From assembly GCA_043228905.1 (NCBI GenBank), contig JBHGNT010000007.1, forward strand, positions 5,642,001 through 5,706,000: a stretch of 64,000 nucleotides of DNA. Reading direction: 5' to 3'. The notes below the pieces were generated by a model. It was given only the letters and a program-made list of their open reading frames with translations, was not told the origin of the DNA and did not search any database. Every line of letters begins with the position of its first letter. The first letter of the stretch is position 1. Of this stretch, positions 1 to 11,867 are shown in pieces. This stretch comes from Azolla caroliniana (Eukaryota > Plantae > Polypodiophyta). A program made the translations under genes and the position numbers.

Positions 1-603
1 TTATGTAATATATATTTGATTGATATCTCGTACACATCCCCCTTTGATCTTCTCTTTCACCATTTAAATAGGTGCCCCCATGCATATGATGCATTGGAGG
101 GTACAAGTCATGCATGTGATGCATGATAAACATCTCGCTCATTTGACCTTTTATGTATGAAACAATATATGCAATAAGAATAAACATGAAAATATAATCT
201 TAAAGACAAAGGGCCTAGCCTAATGGTAGGTGTGTCAACTTTGGTGTATGAGGTTGTGGGTTCGCGTCTCAAAATGCTATTGAATACAACATACAACTTT
301 ATTTAATCCTTTATGTAATATAAAGTATATATAAAGTATGCTTTATTTTATGTATATTACTAGTATAGAGTAAATGGTAAGATTTGAGAGTCATAGGGTG
401 GGGTTATTGGTTCAAGTCCTCTCTTGTTCGTGTAATATAATATATTTATCTATATATATATATTATTTTTCTTTACATATTTATAATATTATCATATGTG
501 TTGTTAATATTATCTTTATATATAAAACATTATCAAATGTTATTTTAGTTACGTATTTATCTTATTGTAGACTTTTAATGTGAAGCTTTCGTACTTCACG
601 ACA
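1..603. mobile_element. Right-hand part of an AT-rich Gypsy-type LTR inserted into the pol gene that resumes at 604
   Basis: Ends ...ttcacgaca at 603, the same terminus as the Gypsy LTRs ending at 9925 and 11867. Pol sequence (GEKSAFGQSEILVVGHLCGPYG) starts immediately after. Layout resembles LTR 35135-35934. Confidence 0.65.
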
Positions 604-2849
604 CCGGGGAGAAATCGGCCTTCGGGCAATCAGAAATCCTGGTGGTCGGACACCTATGTGGACCATATGGCCGGAAGCCGTCTTCGGCAAAGGTAGAAGC
701 CATCTCCGCGATGAAGACCGACTGTAGCTCGGTTACGGAAGTTCAGAGGTTCTTGGGGGCGTGCGCATTCTACCACATATGGATCCCGCATTACGCCCAC
801 GTTGCGGAGCCGCTATACGGGTTGCTGAAGAAAGGGCGAAAATTCGAGTGGCGAGACGAGCACACGGAGTCGGTCCGGAAGCTGAAGGAAGCTCTTGTGG
901 CAGCACCGGCGCTCCGGAAGGCTGTCTACGGGAAGGGTACCCCGGTATACATAACAGTGGATACGAGTCCGATCGGGATCGGATGGGTCGTCAACCAAGA
1001 AGACGAGGACGGCATTCGGTTCCCGATCCGATTCGGCGCGAAGGTCCTCAGTGAGCGACAGCGAGGGTACGCCCAGGTTAAACGCGAACTCTGGGGTATC
1101 GTTTCGGCAGTGAAGGCCGACAAAGACTACCTGATCGGGACAGAAGTGAGTATCGAGGCGGATTGCCTGCCAATTCTCGGCATGGTGTCCGGATGCGCGA
1201 CACCGGACCTGGCGATGCTCAGGTGGATAGCGTACATCAAGTCCCTAGACCCGGAAATACGACACATTTCCGGAAAGGACAACGCCATGGCCGACATGCT
1301 TTCGAGGGCGAGGTTTGATGACGAGGGCGGCATGGTTTCGGAGGACGAAGAAGTCGGCGTGGACTTCTTCGAGGCAGCGTACGTGACGACCGATGGGACG
1401 AGCACTCCGGCACTTAACGGCTTCGACGAGAGCAAGTACGACGGCGAGTGGCTGCAGATCGGTGGTTTCTTAAGGACCATGACGCCGGATGCGTCATGGA
1501 CAAGGGACGAGACCAACCGGATCCGGAAGAAAGCATACCGATTCTTTCTCCGGGACGGATACTTATGGAAGCACCCGAAGAAGAGGAACGGCGTCCCGCT
1601 CCGGGTGGTGGCGATGAAGGAAGAACAGGAGGAGCTGTTGACGGCCTACCACGATAGCCCTTGGGCTGGACACCGTGGAACGTGGGCCACGTTCGAGAAG
1701 ATAAAGGGGAAGTACTGGTGGCCGGGACTGTACCGAGACGTGCATCGGTTCGTGACAACTTGCGAGAGCTGTCAGATGCACTCCGTAGTCCGACATCGGG
1801 ACGAGTTTCACGCTACGTACCCTCCGACCATCCACTTCAAATGGATGGTAGACCTGGTGACGATGCCGATGGGAGTAGAACAGATGCAGTATCTGGTCCT
1901 GGCTCGGGAAGATCTGATGAACCAGGTAAAAGGCCGAGCCCTTTAGAACAAAACGACCGCGGCCGTATGTCGGTTCCTGATTGAGGACGTGATATGCCGG
2001 TACGGGTGCGTCGGGAAGATCGTGGCTGATCGCGGGGAGTTGGACGCCGAAGAGGCTGAGGAGCTGTTCGACCGGCTAGGAGTCAAGCTCTCGCTTACCA
2101 CTGCGTACAATCCGGAGGCGAATGGGAAGGTGGAGCGCGGACACGAACCGATCGTCAAGGCGTTAGTTTGGGCATGCGGAGGTCAAGTCGGGAACTGGCC
2201 ACGGCTGCTGCCTTATGCGTTGTGGGCGGACCGAAATACGCACAGTTCGGTAACCGAATTCATGCCGGCAGAGCTCATGTTTGGGCAGAAGCCGATCATG
2301 CCGATGGAACGTACGATCTCCTCATTGGCAACCGTGGATTGGAGAGACGAGATGAGCCAGGAGGAACTGTTGGCGGTGCGCATACGACAGTTCAAGCGAA
2401 GACCGGAGGACGTGGAGCAGGCTGCGGGAAAGCTTCGGGTGGCAAGGACGAGGAACAAAGCCCGGTTCGACCGGACGCACCGGCTCCGACCAAAGAAGAT
2501 CGAGGAAGGCGACTGGGTGCTAGTCTACGACAGCAGCCTCAACAACCAGCACCGAGCGACACGGAAGTTCGCTAGAAGGTGGTTCGGGCCTTACGTGGTA
2601 CAAAGCGCCAACGACAACAGGACGTACCATCTAGCGGAACTCGACGGCACGAGAATGGCGATACCGGTAGCTGGGAAGCGGATCAAAGCGTTCAAAAAGC
2701 ATCACGACGACGAGTTGGATCCGGTTAACCTGGACAGCGATGACGAGCGATCCGAAACCGAGGAAGAACCGACGGGCGGGGAATGGAGGCTGGACGGGTT
2801 TTTCTCCGTCCCAACTCAATTTGGCGCATGCCGGTGGATGCGCGGTTAG
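604..2849 (+). pseudogene. Ty3/Gypsy pol fragment (RT C-terminus, RNase H, integrase) with a premature TAG at 1944-1946
   Basis: ORFs 642-1946 and 1989-2849 carry RNase H (VDTSP..., ELWG), integrase HHCC (HDSPWAGH...CESC) and core (AYNPEANGKVER) motifs; homologous to the intact pol at 35922-39389. Confidence 0.92.
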
Positions 2850-2860
2850 GTGGGGGCGGA

Positions 2861-3487
2861 TGTCGTGAAGAAAACTGTCCACAAGCGGAATCGGTGCACC
2901 GGAGCGTAGGAACCGGCTCTTCATACACATACGCCTTATGTTGTACATAGAAGATCCTAGGTAGGTAGATTCGGTAGGTAGGAAGTTAATGGGAAACGGC
3001 TCCTTCCTTGCCTATAAAAGGAGGGAGACGAGGAGGGGAGAGTGGATCGCGGAATCAGAGAGGACGAAGTGTTGCCGGGTTGTCGGCCGAAGGCTTCTCT
3101 CTCTTCCAAACTCCATAGCTTCTTTCTGTGCAGGTTTCGGGAGGCTCGCGCTGCTCTGAGGAATGCCCGAGTGCTTCCGGTAGCACCTCCAACCTACTCC
3201 TTTCTTTCTGTGCATTTACGAACAGGCATCGACATCTGTTCGCCGGCCTGTTCGGTTGTAACCGACTTCGTGCTTCTTGTTGTTTGTCTCTGTTAATATA
3301 TACATACATACCTTCGTGTCTCTCTGTGTTGGTTTTCCCGCTCGCTCTTCGTGTCGAAGGGCCGTGTCCCTGTGGATCTACGCTCGCACCTAGTGGGTCT
3401 CTTCCCTTCTCCTTTCTCTCTTGTTGTTCGGTACAAGACCCCCGAGGTCCCGCCTCATTCCACGCATCCGCGAGGAATACCTCGACA
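2861..3487 (+). repeat. 3' LTR of the plus-strand Gypsy
   Basis: TGTCG...CGACA termini, PPT ggtgggggcgga immediately upstream; reverse-complement homolog of LTRs 9294-9925 and 11220-11867. Confidence 0.92.
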
Positions 3488-4156
3488 CCGTATTGCTCGA
3501 CTAATAGCTTTTGTAAGTGACCTTGGATCCTCAGGGAATTGCTCCATTAGGGCTTGTTCATCCCAAGGAATATCGCTTGCGATGAGACGGAAATTGGCAG
3601 CATATGTCGAAGCTGGTTGATCACCTTGACGAAGTGTATGAATCTTGTTGATAGTTGTTCTCGCCCCATCAGTATCTTCGAAACAAGCCTTAAATTCCTT
3701 GATACATTCCTCTAAATTATTTAGTAGAGGAGAATTGGTCTCTCGCAATGGAGCAAACCACGACAATGTTATGCCAGTCAATAAGGTGCCCACTAGCCCG
3801 ACTCGTGATGCATCTGTTGGATAACGCGCGGGATGCATTTGAATCACCAACCGTACTTGATTCAAGAAACGTCGGAAATGCCCCCTCGACCCATCAAATT
3901 TAGCTAGGAGGCTAATTTTGGGCTCCTTGATAAGTCCCTGACCTTCAACCCTTTGTTGTTGTAACACTACGATTGTGGACTCTAACTGTTGCACTCGTCG
4001 CGTGAACTCCTCTTGTTGTTGTTGCTTCTCTATAGTAACCTTTTGTAGATCCCCAAGTAGACGTTGATTCTCTACTTCAAGAGATGCGAACTTGGATTTA
4101 AGGTTCTCCATTTCTGCAACAAGGGTGAGATATTCTTCTGAGTTAATGGCAGCCAT
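3488..4156 (-). pseudogene. Ty3/Gypsy gag (chromovirus/Tcn1-like Retrotrans_gag), interrupted by the Gypsy to its left
   Basis: ORF 3455-4156: coiled-coil N-terminus, then EPKISL.KFDG.R..F..F..Q and LRQG..AS.YA..F motifs. Clade assignment is by resemblance only. Confidence 0.8.
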
Positions 4157-4167
4157 GGTTTCAGGAT

Positions 4168-4181
4168 AGTTACGAAGGAGG

Positions 4182-4223
<42 letters not shown>

Positions 4224-4538
4224 TTGAATCAAACTATCAGAACCAAGGATAAAAGATAGAGTGATGGAAGAAGGATATTAGAGAACACGAGCAGAAAGGA
4301 ACGAAATACTAAGAGAAGAATGGATGTATAAGATAGAGAAAGAAAGAGAATGGATACAAGATATGTAATGAGAGCTAAAGACTGGTGTTGATTCGAATTG
4401 ATTTGAGAATACATGTATGCCCTTATTTATAGGTTCCTATAGAATAACTTAGAGATTTCTAGAATGTTCTAGAATGTTCTAGACCTAGAATGCTCTAGGA
4501 CATTCTAGAACATTCTAGAATAATCTAGAGGTTTTACA
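4168..4538 (-). repeat. Probable 5' LTR of the Tcn1-like element (left boundary uncertain)
   Basis: Minus strand starts TGTAAAACC at 4538, has TATAAATA at 4424-4431 and a CT-rich leader, and lies directly upstream of gag. Confidence 0.6.
4456..4521. promoter_or_regulatory. Heat-shock element array (alternating nGAAn/nTTCn)
   Basis: Five contiguous pentamers tTTCt aGAAt gTTCt aGAAt gTTCt (4456-4480) and four more aTTCt aGAAc aTTCt aGAAt (4502-4521), upstream of the minus-strand TATA. Confidence 0.7.
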
Positions 4539-4678
4539 ATAATCAATGTAATACAAGAAGTAGCTTTTCTTGTTTCATATAACAATAAGTTATCTTAATG
4601 GTTGAGGTTTTCAAGTATGGATTACAAGGTTCGAGGTTCAAGTCCAGGTGATGCCATAATGGTCATGTGTTCATGACA
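4539..4678. mobile_element. Terminal fragment of another Gypsy-type LTR, inserted in Copia RT
   Basis: Ends ttcatgaca (CpG-decayed ttcacgaca) where Copia RT homology begins; carries the same ataagtta..taatgg / GGTTCAAGTCC module as other Gypsy LTRs. Confidence 0.5.
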
Positions 4679-7600
4679 ATATGCACCCCCAGCATCTGTC
4701 TTGCCGGACCCAAGTCTTTCATTGAGAAGGTCCGGTTGAGAGCCTTCTTCAGCATCCGTATTTTGGCTTGGTCCTGTCCGACGATCAACATGTTGTCCAC
4801 ATACAGAAGGGGTATCAGGAAGTCGCCTCCGTCGAACTTCTTCACAAACACACAGTGATCAGCCTGTGTCTTGTGGTACCCTTGATCGGTCATGAAGGAG
4901 TCGAACTTCTGGTACCATTGTCGGGGAGCCTGCTTCAGTCTGTACAAGCTCTTCTTCAACCGGCATACCAGGTGCTCCTTCCCTTTCTCCACGAATCCTT
5001 CCGGTTGCTACATGTAGATCTCCTCTTCGAGGTCACCGTGAAGGAATGTCGTCTTCACGTCTAGCTGCTCTACCTCGAGATCCATGCTTGCCGCTATACT
5101 CAACACCGTCCGGATGGAGGTCATCTTTACTACCGGGGCAAATATCTCGTCGAAGTCCACGCCCTTCTTCTGTTGGAACCCCTTCACCACGATCCTGGCT
5201 TTGTATCTCGGGGAGTTGCTGGCATCTCCTGGTTTCAACTTGTACACCCACTTGTTTCGGAGTGCCCGCTTTCCTTTCGGCAACTCCACCAATTCGTACG
5301 TATGGTTCTCATGCAGAGAATCCATCTCATCCTGCATGGCACTTAACCATTTGCGGTTGTGGGTGTCATCCTTCGCTTCTTCGAAGCTTTCTGGCTCCCC
5401 CTCATCGGTTAGCAACACATGCTCTGCATCCGAAAATCTCCAAGGGGCCCTTCTCTCTCTGAGAGGATATCTCCGGCTTCGGTCTTCAGTAACCGGCCCC
5501 TCCATTTGCTCTTCATCCGAATCCGATTCGAGGTCTTTGCCGGTTCCGGTTTCAGCTTCCTCTACTTCTTCTTCTGCTGGTTCAGTATCCTCATCGTAAC
5601 CGATTGGTTCCTCGAGTGCTAACCGGTCTCTTGCCGGTTGGGTCTGCTCATCGTAAAATCGATCCTTACCGGTCAACTCGGAGTTCATCTTCTTCTTCTC
5701 CGACTCCCAGTCGGCGAGCGTCTTGTCCTCCATGAAGATAATATCTCGACTCCGGAATACCTTCTTGTCGACCAGGTTCCACACTCGGTAGCCGAACTCA
5801 TTGTCGCCGTAACCGAGGAATATGCATGACCGGGTCTTTGGATCTAACTTTCCTCTCCGGTCCTTAGCAACATGCACATACACGAGACACCCGAACACCT
5901 TCAAATGCCGATAGGACACTTCCTTACCGGTTCACACCTTTTGTGGCGTGTCTCCATCCAAGGGCACTGAGGGTGATTTGTTTATCACATACGTCGTTGT
6001 CGAGAGCGCCTCAACCCAAAACTTCTTGGGTAGTTTTGCATGCGCCAGCATACTCCGGACCCTCTCCATTATGGTCCGGTTCATTCTCTCGGCCAGCCCG
6101 TTTAGTTCCGGCGTCTTCGGCACGGTAAATTCGAGCCGGATTCCCTTCGAGCGACAGTACTCCTCGAACTGCCCCTGGTATTCACCTCCGTTATCTGCTC
6201 GAACCGCCTTCAACTTCCGGCCGGTTTCTCTTTCCACTCTTGCGTGGAGCTCCTTGAAGACGGATAGCACCTAATCCTTCGTCTTCAACGGTGTGGCCCA
6301 CAGCTTCCGGTTGTGGTCATCTATGAACGTCACGAAGTACTGCGATCCCGCATGTGACTTCGTGTCCACATGACACACATCAGTATGCACCAACTCTAGT
6401 GGTGCATTACGTCTCATCGGTGGCCTTGGTCGGAAGGAGGTCCGGTTTTGCTTACCTGCCAAACAATCAGTGCACTTCTCCAAGTGCACGTTCTTCACTG
6501 GAATGAGGTTGTCGTCTGCAAGCCTCTTCATCCCCTTCTCGCTCATGTGACACAGCCTCTTGTGCCACAGCTCACTTGCAGTGTCGGAAGCCACATTCAC
6601 TTCTTCCGGGCATAACCGGGCATTCATCAGGTAGATCATGTTTACCTTCCGGGCCCGAGCCACAATCAGGCTTCCTTTGTTGAACTTCATAACACCGTTC
6701 CGGATGCTACCCATGTAGCCTTCATCATCTAGCCGACCGGCTGTTTAGATTCAGACGAACCTCTGGACCGTGTCAGACATCCTTCAGCAGCATGCTTGCA
6801 TCCGGTTGGTGTTGTCAGCCACACGTCTCCTATGCCGACAATTAGGCATGTACCTTCATTCCCCATCCGAACACAGTCGTGGTCACCGACTGCGTAGGAT
6901 GAGAAGCATTTCCGGTCCGGGGTAAGGTGGAACGACGCTCCGGAGTCGACCACCCAGGTCATCTCGTCACCAACAAGGTTTATCTCACTCTCCTCGGTGA
7001 TGAGCATCAACTCTTCTTCACTTCCCACGATTGCCGTCGTTCCCTTCTGGTCCGGCCCCCTCCGGTTTGGTGTCCGCTTCGAATCGGTACCGTCGGTTTC
7101 CTTGTCTTTCCGGAAATGCCGACAGTTCTTCTGGAAGTGTCCCGACTTGCCACAATAGAAGCAAGTAGGCCTCCCCCTTGACTTTGACTGTGTCCCTGAC
7201 TTTTCCCGATTCTGGGGGCTACGGTTCCTTTGTCTTCCGCGTTCCGATTCGGTAAGAAGCGCTTTGGAGTTGGAGCTCGTATCCTTATCTTTCCGACTCG
7301 CCTCCTCATCTAGCAAGCTCGACTTCACTCTTGCAACCAATGTCTCCCAGCTATCTGGGAGGGAACCGAGTAGGAGTAGTGCTAGTACCTCATCGGCGAG
7401 AGGTACTTCCAATGATGTTGCCTGGTGAATCAGCCCCTGGAAGGCATTCATGTGCTCCACCATGCTGGAGCCATCTTGGTACCGGAGTCTTACTAGCTTC
7501 CGAAATACCGAAACCTGATTGACAACATTTTTGTTCTAAAACATAATGCCGATCTTCTCCCAGAGCTCATGAGCCTTGCTCTCTTCATTGAAGTTGTTGT

Positions 7601-8113
7601 ATAGGCTCATGTCGATGAAGCGCCGTATGTAAGCCGTTGTCTTCATGTGCATCACCTCCCATATCGTGGCGTCGATTTGGTCCGGTCTCTTGTCCTCGAA
7701 CTGAACCGGCAACCAAAGATCTTTAACCACGAGCATGTCCCTCATCTTCGACTTCCACACTGAATAGTTGGAGCCGGTGAGCTTGAACATGTCGCCCAAT
7801 GATTCGTCCATTTTCTGTGTTGTTTCGCTCTGATACCACTTTGTCAAGAACTACACGCTCCGATGAACACCGCTCGCCGCAACCGAGCTTAGAATCAAAC
7901 ACAGAAAACGGGGAAAAAAAAACACGACACAAAGGAGAGAAGAGTACATAGGATGTTTAACGTGGAAAACCCTAAGAGGGAAAAACCACGGGAGTCCACA
8001 GACTCCAAACTATCACTATATCACAATGATTACAACAGTGAGCTCACGGAGGCAACGACCTCGCGCTCTCGATCTTCGCCACAGGTGGCAGTTACAACAG
8101 AGGCAACGACCTC

Positions 8114-8155
<42 letters not shown>

Positions 8156-8694
8156 TACACTGTTACGCGCTCTCAAGTCTTGCACCAACAAAAATGACAA
8201 CAACTCCTATGAAAGAGTTTGCCCTAAGTCATATTTATACTAATATGACTTTTAGGCTATTTACAAATATAGCCCTGATGGACTCTCAGGAACATATTTA
8301 CTAATATGTCCCTTCATTCGGTGAGCGCTCCTCACGGGGCCTGCATCATCCGGCGCTTGTTGGGCACACGTCGTCCGGTTCTCACCGGGTCTTCCGTTTC
8401 CGGGTGCTCTTCATCTGGTTCTCACCGGGTCTTCACGGGGCCTGCATCATCCGGCGCTTGTTGGGCACACGTCGTCCGGTTCTCACCGGGTCTTCCGTTT
8501 TCGGGTGCTCTTCATCCGGTTCTCACCGGGTCTTCACCGTCCGGCTCTTGCCGGGTACTCGTCATCCGGTTCTCCGTAGCCGGGTACTCCTCATCCGGTT
8601 CTCACCGGGTCTTCTGTAGTCGGGTACTCCCCATCCGGTTTCTCATCAGTACTATTCTTCTCACATCCCATCCGGAGGGACCTGTTTCCTAACA
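4679..8694 (-). mobile_element. Ty1/Copia element (Tnt1/Tork-like), 5' LTR 7842-8694, degraded gag-pol 7811 to 4679, interrupted in RT
   Basis: TG..CA LTR, Met PBS TGGTATCAGAGC at 7827-7838, CCHC knuckle, protease DSGAS, integrase and RT (YVDNML) in Copia order, several stops/frameshifts. Confidence 0.93.
8330..8645. repeat. U3 subrepeats (catccggttctcaccgggtcttc) including an approximately 100-bp tandem duplication
   Basis: Direct inspection; the same units occur in LTRs 27310-27475 and 48455-48710. Confidence 0.85.
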
Positions 8695-9293
8695 AATTGT
8701 GGAGCAAGGGATGCAAGTTCGATTCAATCCTGGTGGTTGCTTCATTGAAAAAGAGGGCCGACTCATCGCACGCGGACGAAGAGAGGGCCGAATGTTCATT
8801 CTCGACTCACACGAGATGAAATTGGCCATGTTCGCAAAGGGCATGAAAGCTGACTCCGACATAGAGTTATGGCACAAGCGGATTGGCCATATAAATCTCC
8901 AAAAGCTCAAAGCAATGAAATCGAAAGGAGTCGTCATCGGACTCCCGACATTCAAAGAGAAGGAGATTGAAGGTGTATACGAAGCGTGCCAATTCGGCAA
9001 GCAACACCGACACCCATTCCCGAAAGAGCGGAACGTGAGCAAAGGTCTACTCGCCGTAGTCCATTTAGACATATGGGGACTGGCGCAGACGACTACATTC
9101 GGCGGGTGCCGATATTACATGCTCTTCATCGATGACTTCTCTAGGCACACTTGGATCTACCCGATGCGGCAAAAGAGCGAAGTATTCAGACACTTCCAAA
9201 CATTCAAGAATGAAGTCGAGAAAGCCACGGGCCGACATGTACGTTGTCTTCAATCGGATGGCGGCAAGGAGTACTTCTCGGACGATTTCACGG

Positions 9294-11867
9294 TGTCGAG
9301 GTATTCCTCGCGGATGCGTGGAATGAGGCGGGGCCTCGGGGGTCTTGTACCGAAGAGCAAGAGACAAAGGAGAAGGGAAGGGACCCACTACGTGTGGGCG
9401 TAGATTCACAGGGGCATGGCCCTTCGACACAAAGACGCGAGTGGGACACCAACGCAGAGAGACACGAATGTATGTATATATATATATATATTAACAAGGA
9501 CAAACAACAAGAAGCACGAAGTCGGTTACAACCGAACAGGCCGGCGAACAGATGCCGATGCCTGTTCGTAAATGCTCAGAAAGAAAGGAGTAGGTTGGAG
9601 GTGCTGCCGGAAGCACTCGGGCATTCCTCAGAGCAGCGCGAGCCTCCCGAAAACATGCACAGAAAGAAGCTACGGAGTATGGAAGAGAGAGAAGCCTTCG
9701 GCCGACAACCCGACAGCACTTTGTCCTCTCTAACCGCGATCCGTTCCTCTTCCCTGTCTCCCTCCTTTTTATAGGCAAGAAAGGAGCCGTTTCCCATTAA
9801 CTTCCTACCTACCGAATCTACCTACCTAGGATCTTTTATGTACAACATAAGGCGTATGTGTATGAAGAGCCGGTTCCTACGCTCCGGTGCACTGATTCCG
9901 CTTGTGGACGGTTTTCTTCACGACATCCGCCCCCACCTAACAGCGCATCCACCGGCATGCTCCACTCGGTTATTTCCCGGACCCGTCTCTCAGCGAGGTC
10001 TGCTTCATCTTTCCTCAGCCGTGCACCGACAAGGCCTTCCAGCATTGCCGACCAGAATCCGTCTTTGCTCTCCTTTCGGGCCTCGCTGCCCCCGACCCGA
10101 ATGCTGGCCGACGCCGAGTAGTGGATGGCCTCCACGTGTCGGGCCGCTGCCTCTTCCATCAGTCTCTTCATACCTCCTCGCTCGTCGTTCCGGTTTAGGG
10201 TCCTTTTGGTATCGTCGGCATGCACCCGGCCTTCCCATAGGTACACCACCCGATTCCTCAACGCCTCTGCGAAATCGCTGCAGTCCTTCCGAATGTGACC
10301 GACCTCGTCGCACCACATGCACCTGTTCCCTGCTGCCGGCCGTCGGTCACGAGCCGGTTCGCCGCCTTCCCTTCGAGTCTGGGCGATCTGGAGATCCTTT
10401 ATCGCCCGCGTCAACTCCTCCAGCGCTACTCCTCCGGACGAGTCATTGACCACGCCGGTCGGAGCCGAACAGGTTTCGAGCCACTCCCGGGTCTCTGCCC
10501 TTCGCCCTTGCGGTGCCGGTTCAAGCCTCCTCGTTGTGACAGAGCCCGCTTCGGCCGCCCCGTTGTCAGCCCATTCTCGCCGTTTGTCGAAACGGCCACA
10601 TACTCTCTTAACCGCAGCCCAGTCGGTCATCAGCCCGTCTTCGGTTTCTAGCAAGGAGCCGACTTGATCCCGGTCCCGCTCGTCCACCGACTTGACGAAC
10701 AGTAGGACCCGGCTCGTATCCAGAACGGTTCGGTCAAGCGCCGAAAGGCGCGCAAAGCGTTCCTCAAACTACCGGAGGAGTGCCGACGCGTTTCTTCCCT
10801 TGCCGGGGAACTCCACCCATTCCATGAAGTCCCGTTTCGAAAGCCGGAGCGCGTCATCCAGCCCGTATTTTTCTAGGAGTCGGCCTTCGAACTCCTCCCA
10901 GGTACGGCTCTCCGCCCGTACCTCGAGCACCTCCGCATGGATGCTCGGCATCGCCACTCGAGGGAACCCGGCAAGACGCCTCTCTTCCGGAATGTCCCGC
11001 ATCAGCATTTCTGCCCCGTAGGACGCCAAATACTTCGTGGCATCCTTTCCGCTGAACCGGCCGATCGTGCCGACGACCACCTCAATGGCTCTGTCGAGGG
11101 CGCCGGTGCCCTCGCGTGCGCTCAATATCCGATCCACGGCCGAAGCCATGGCCTCCGCAAGATCCGACCCCTTCATCTTCTACTCTTCTGCCGCCTCCTT
11201 CACGTCGGGTTCACCAAGATGTCGAGGTATTCCTCGCGGATGCGTGGAATGAGGCGGGGCCTCGGGGGTCTTGTACCGAAGAGCAAGAGACAAAGGAGAA
11301 GGGAAGGGACCCACTACGTGTGGGCGTAGATTCACAGGGGCACGGCCCTTCGACACAAAGACGCGAGTGGGACACCAACGCAGAGAGACACGAATGTATG
11401 TATATATATATATATTAACAAGGACAAACAACAAGAAGCACGAAGTCGGTTACAACCGAACATGCCGGCGAACAGATGCCGATGCCTGTTCGTAAACGCT
11501 CAGAAAGAAAGGAGTAGGTTGGAGGTGTTGCCGGAAGCACTCGGGCATTCCTCAGAGCAGCGCGAGCCTCCCGAAAACCTGCACAGAAAGAAGCTACGGA
11601 GTATGGAAGAGAGAGAAGCCTTCGGCCGACAACCCGACAGCACTTCGTCCTCTCTAACCGCGATCCGTTCCTCTTCCCTGTCTCCCTCCTTTTTATAGGC
11701 AAGAAAGGAGTCGTTTCCCATTAACTTCCTACCTACCGAATCTACCTACCTAGGATCTTCTATGTACCTAATTCTCTCTTTGTACAACATAAGACGTACG
11801 TGCATGAAGAGCCGGTTCCTACGCTCCGGTGCACCGATTCCGCTTGTGGACGGTTTTCTTCACGACA
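9294..11867 (-). mobile_element. Internally deleted non-autonomous Gypsy: LTRs 9294-9925 and 11220-11867, partial gag only
   Basis: Paired LTRs, flanks ACGG (9290-9293) and ACGA (11868-11871), PBS 11199-11216, PPT beside the left LTR, gag with CMWC..GH....C knuckle and an internal stop. Confidence 0.93.
11199..11216 (-). promoter_or_regulatory. Primer binding site complementary to the tRNA-Trp 3' end
   Basis: TGGTGAACCCGACGTGAA is complementary to plant tRNA-Trp ...TTCACGTCGGGTTCA-CCA (recalled sequence); identical at 41580-41597. Confidence 0.8.

Noticed and set aside
216-430. Functional tRNA genes (also at 4591, 35689 and 42156)
   Set aside because: A/B boxes are present but acceptor and anticodon stems do not pair; reported only as promoter-like modules.
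7960-7996. Conserved gtggaaaaccct...gggaaaaaccacgggag block in several Copia LTRs
   Set aside because: Ordinary conserved U5 motif of Tnt1-like LTRs; explained by family homology.
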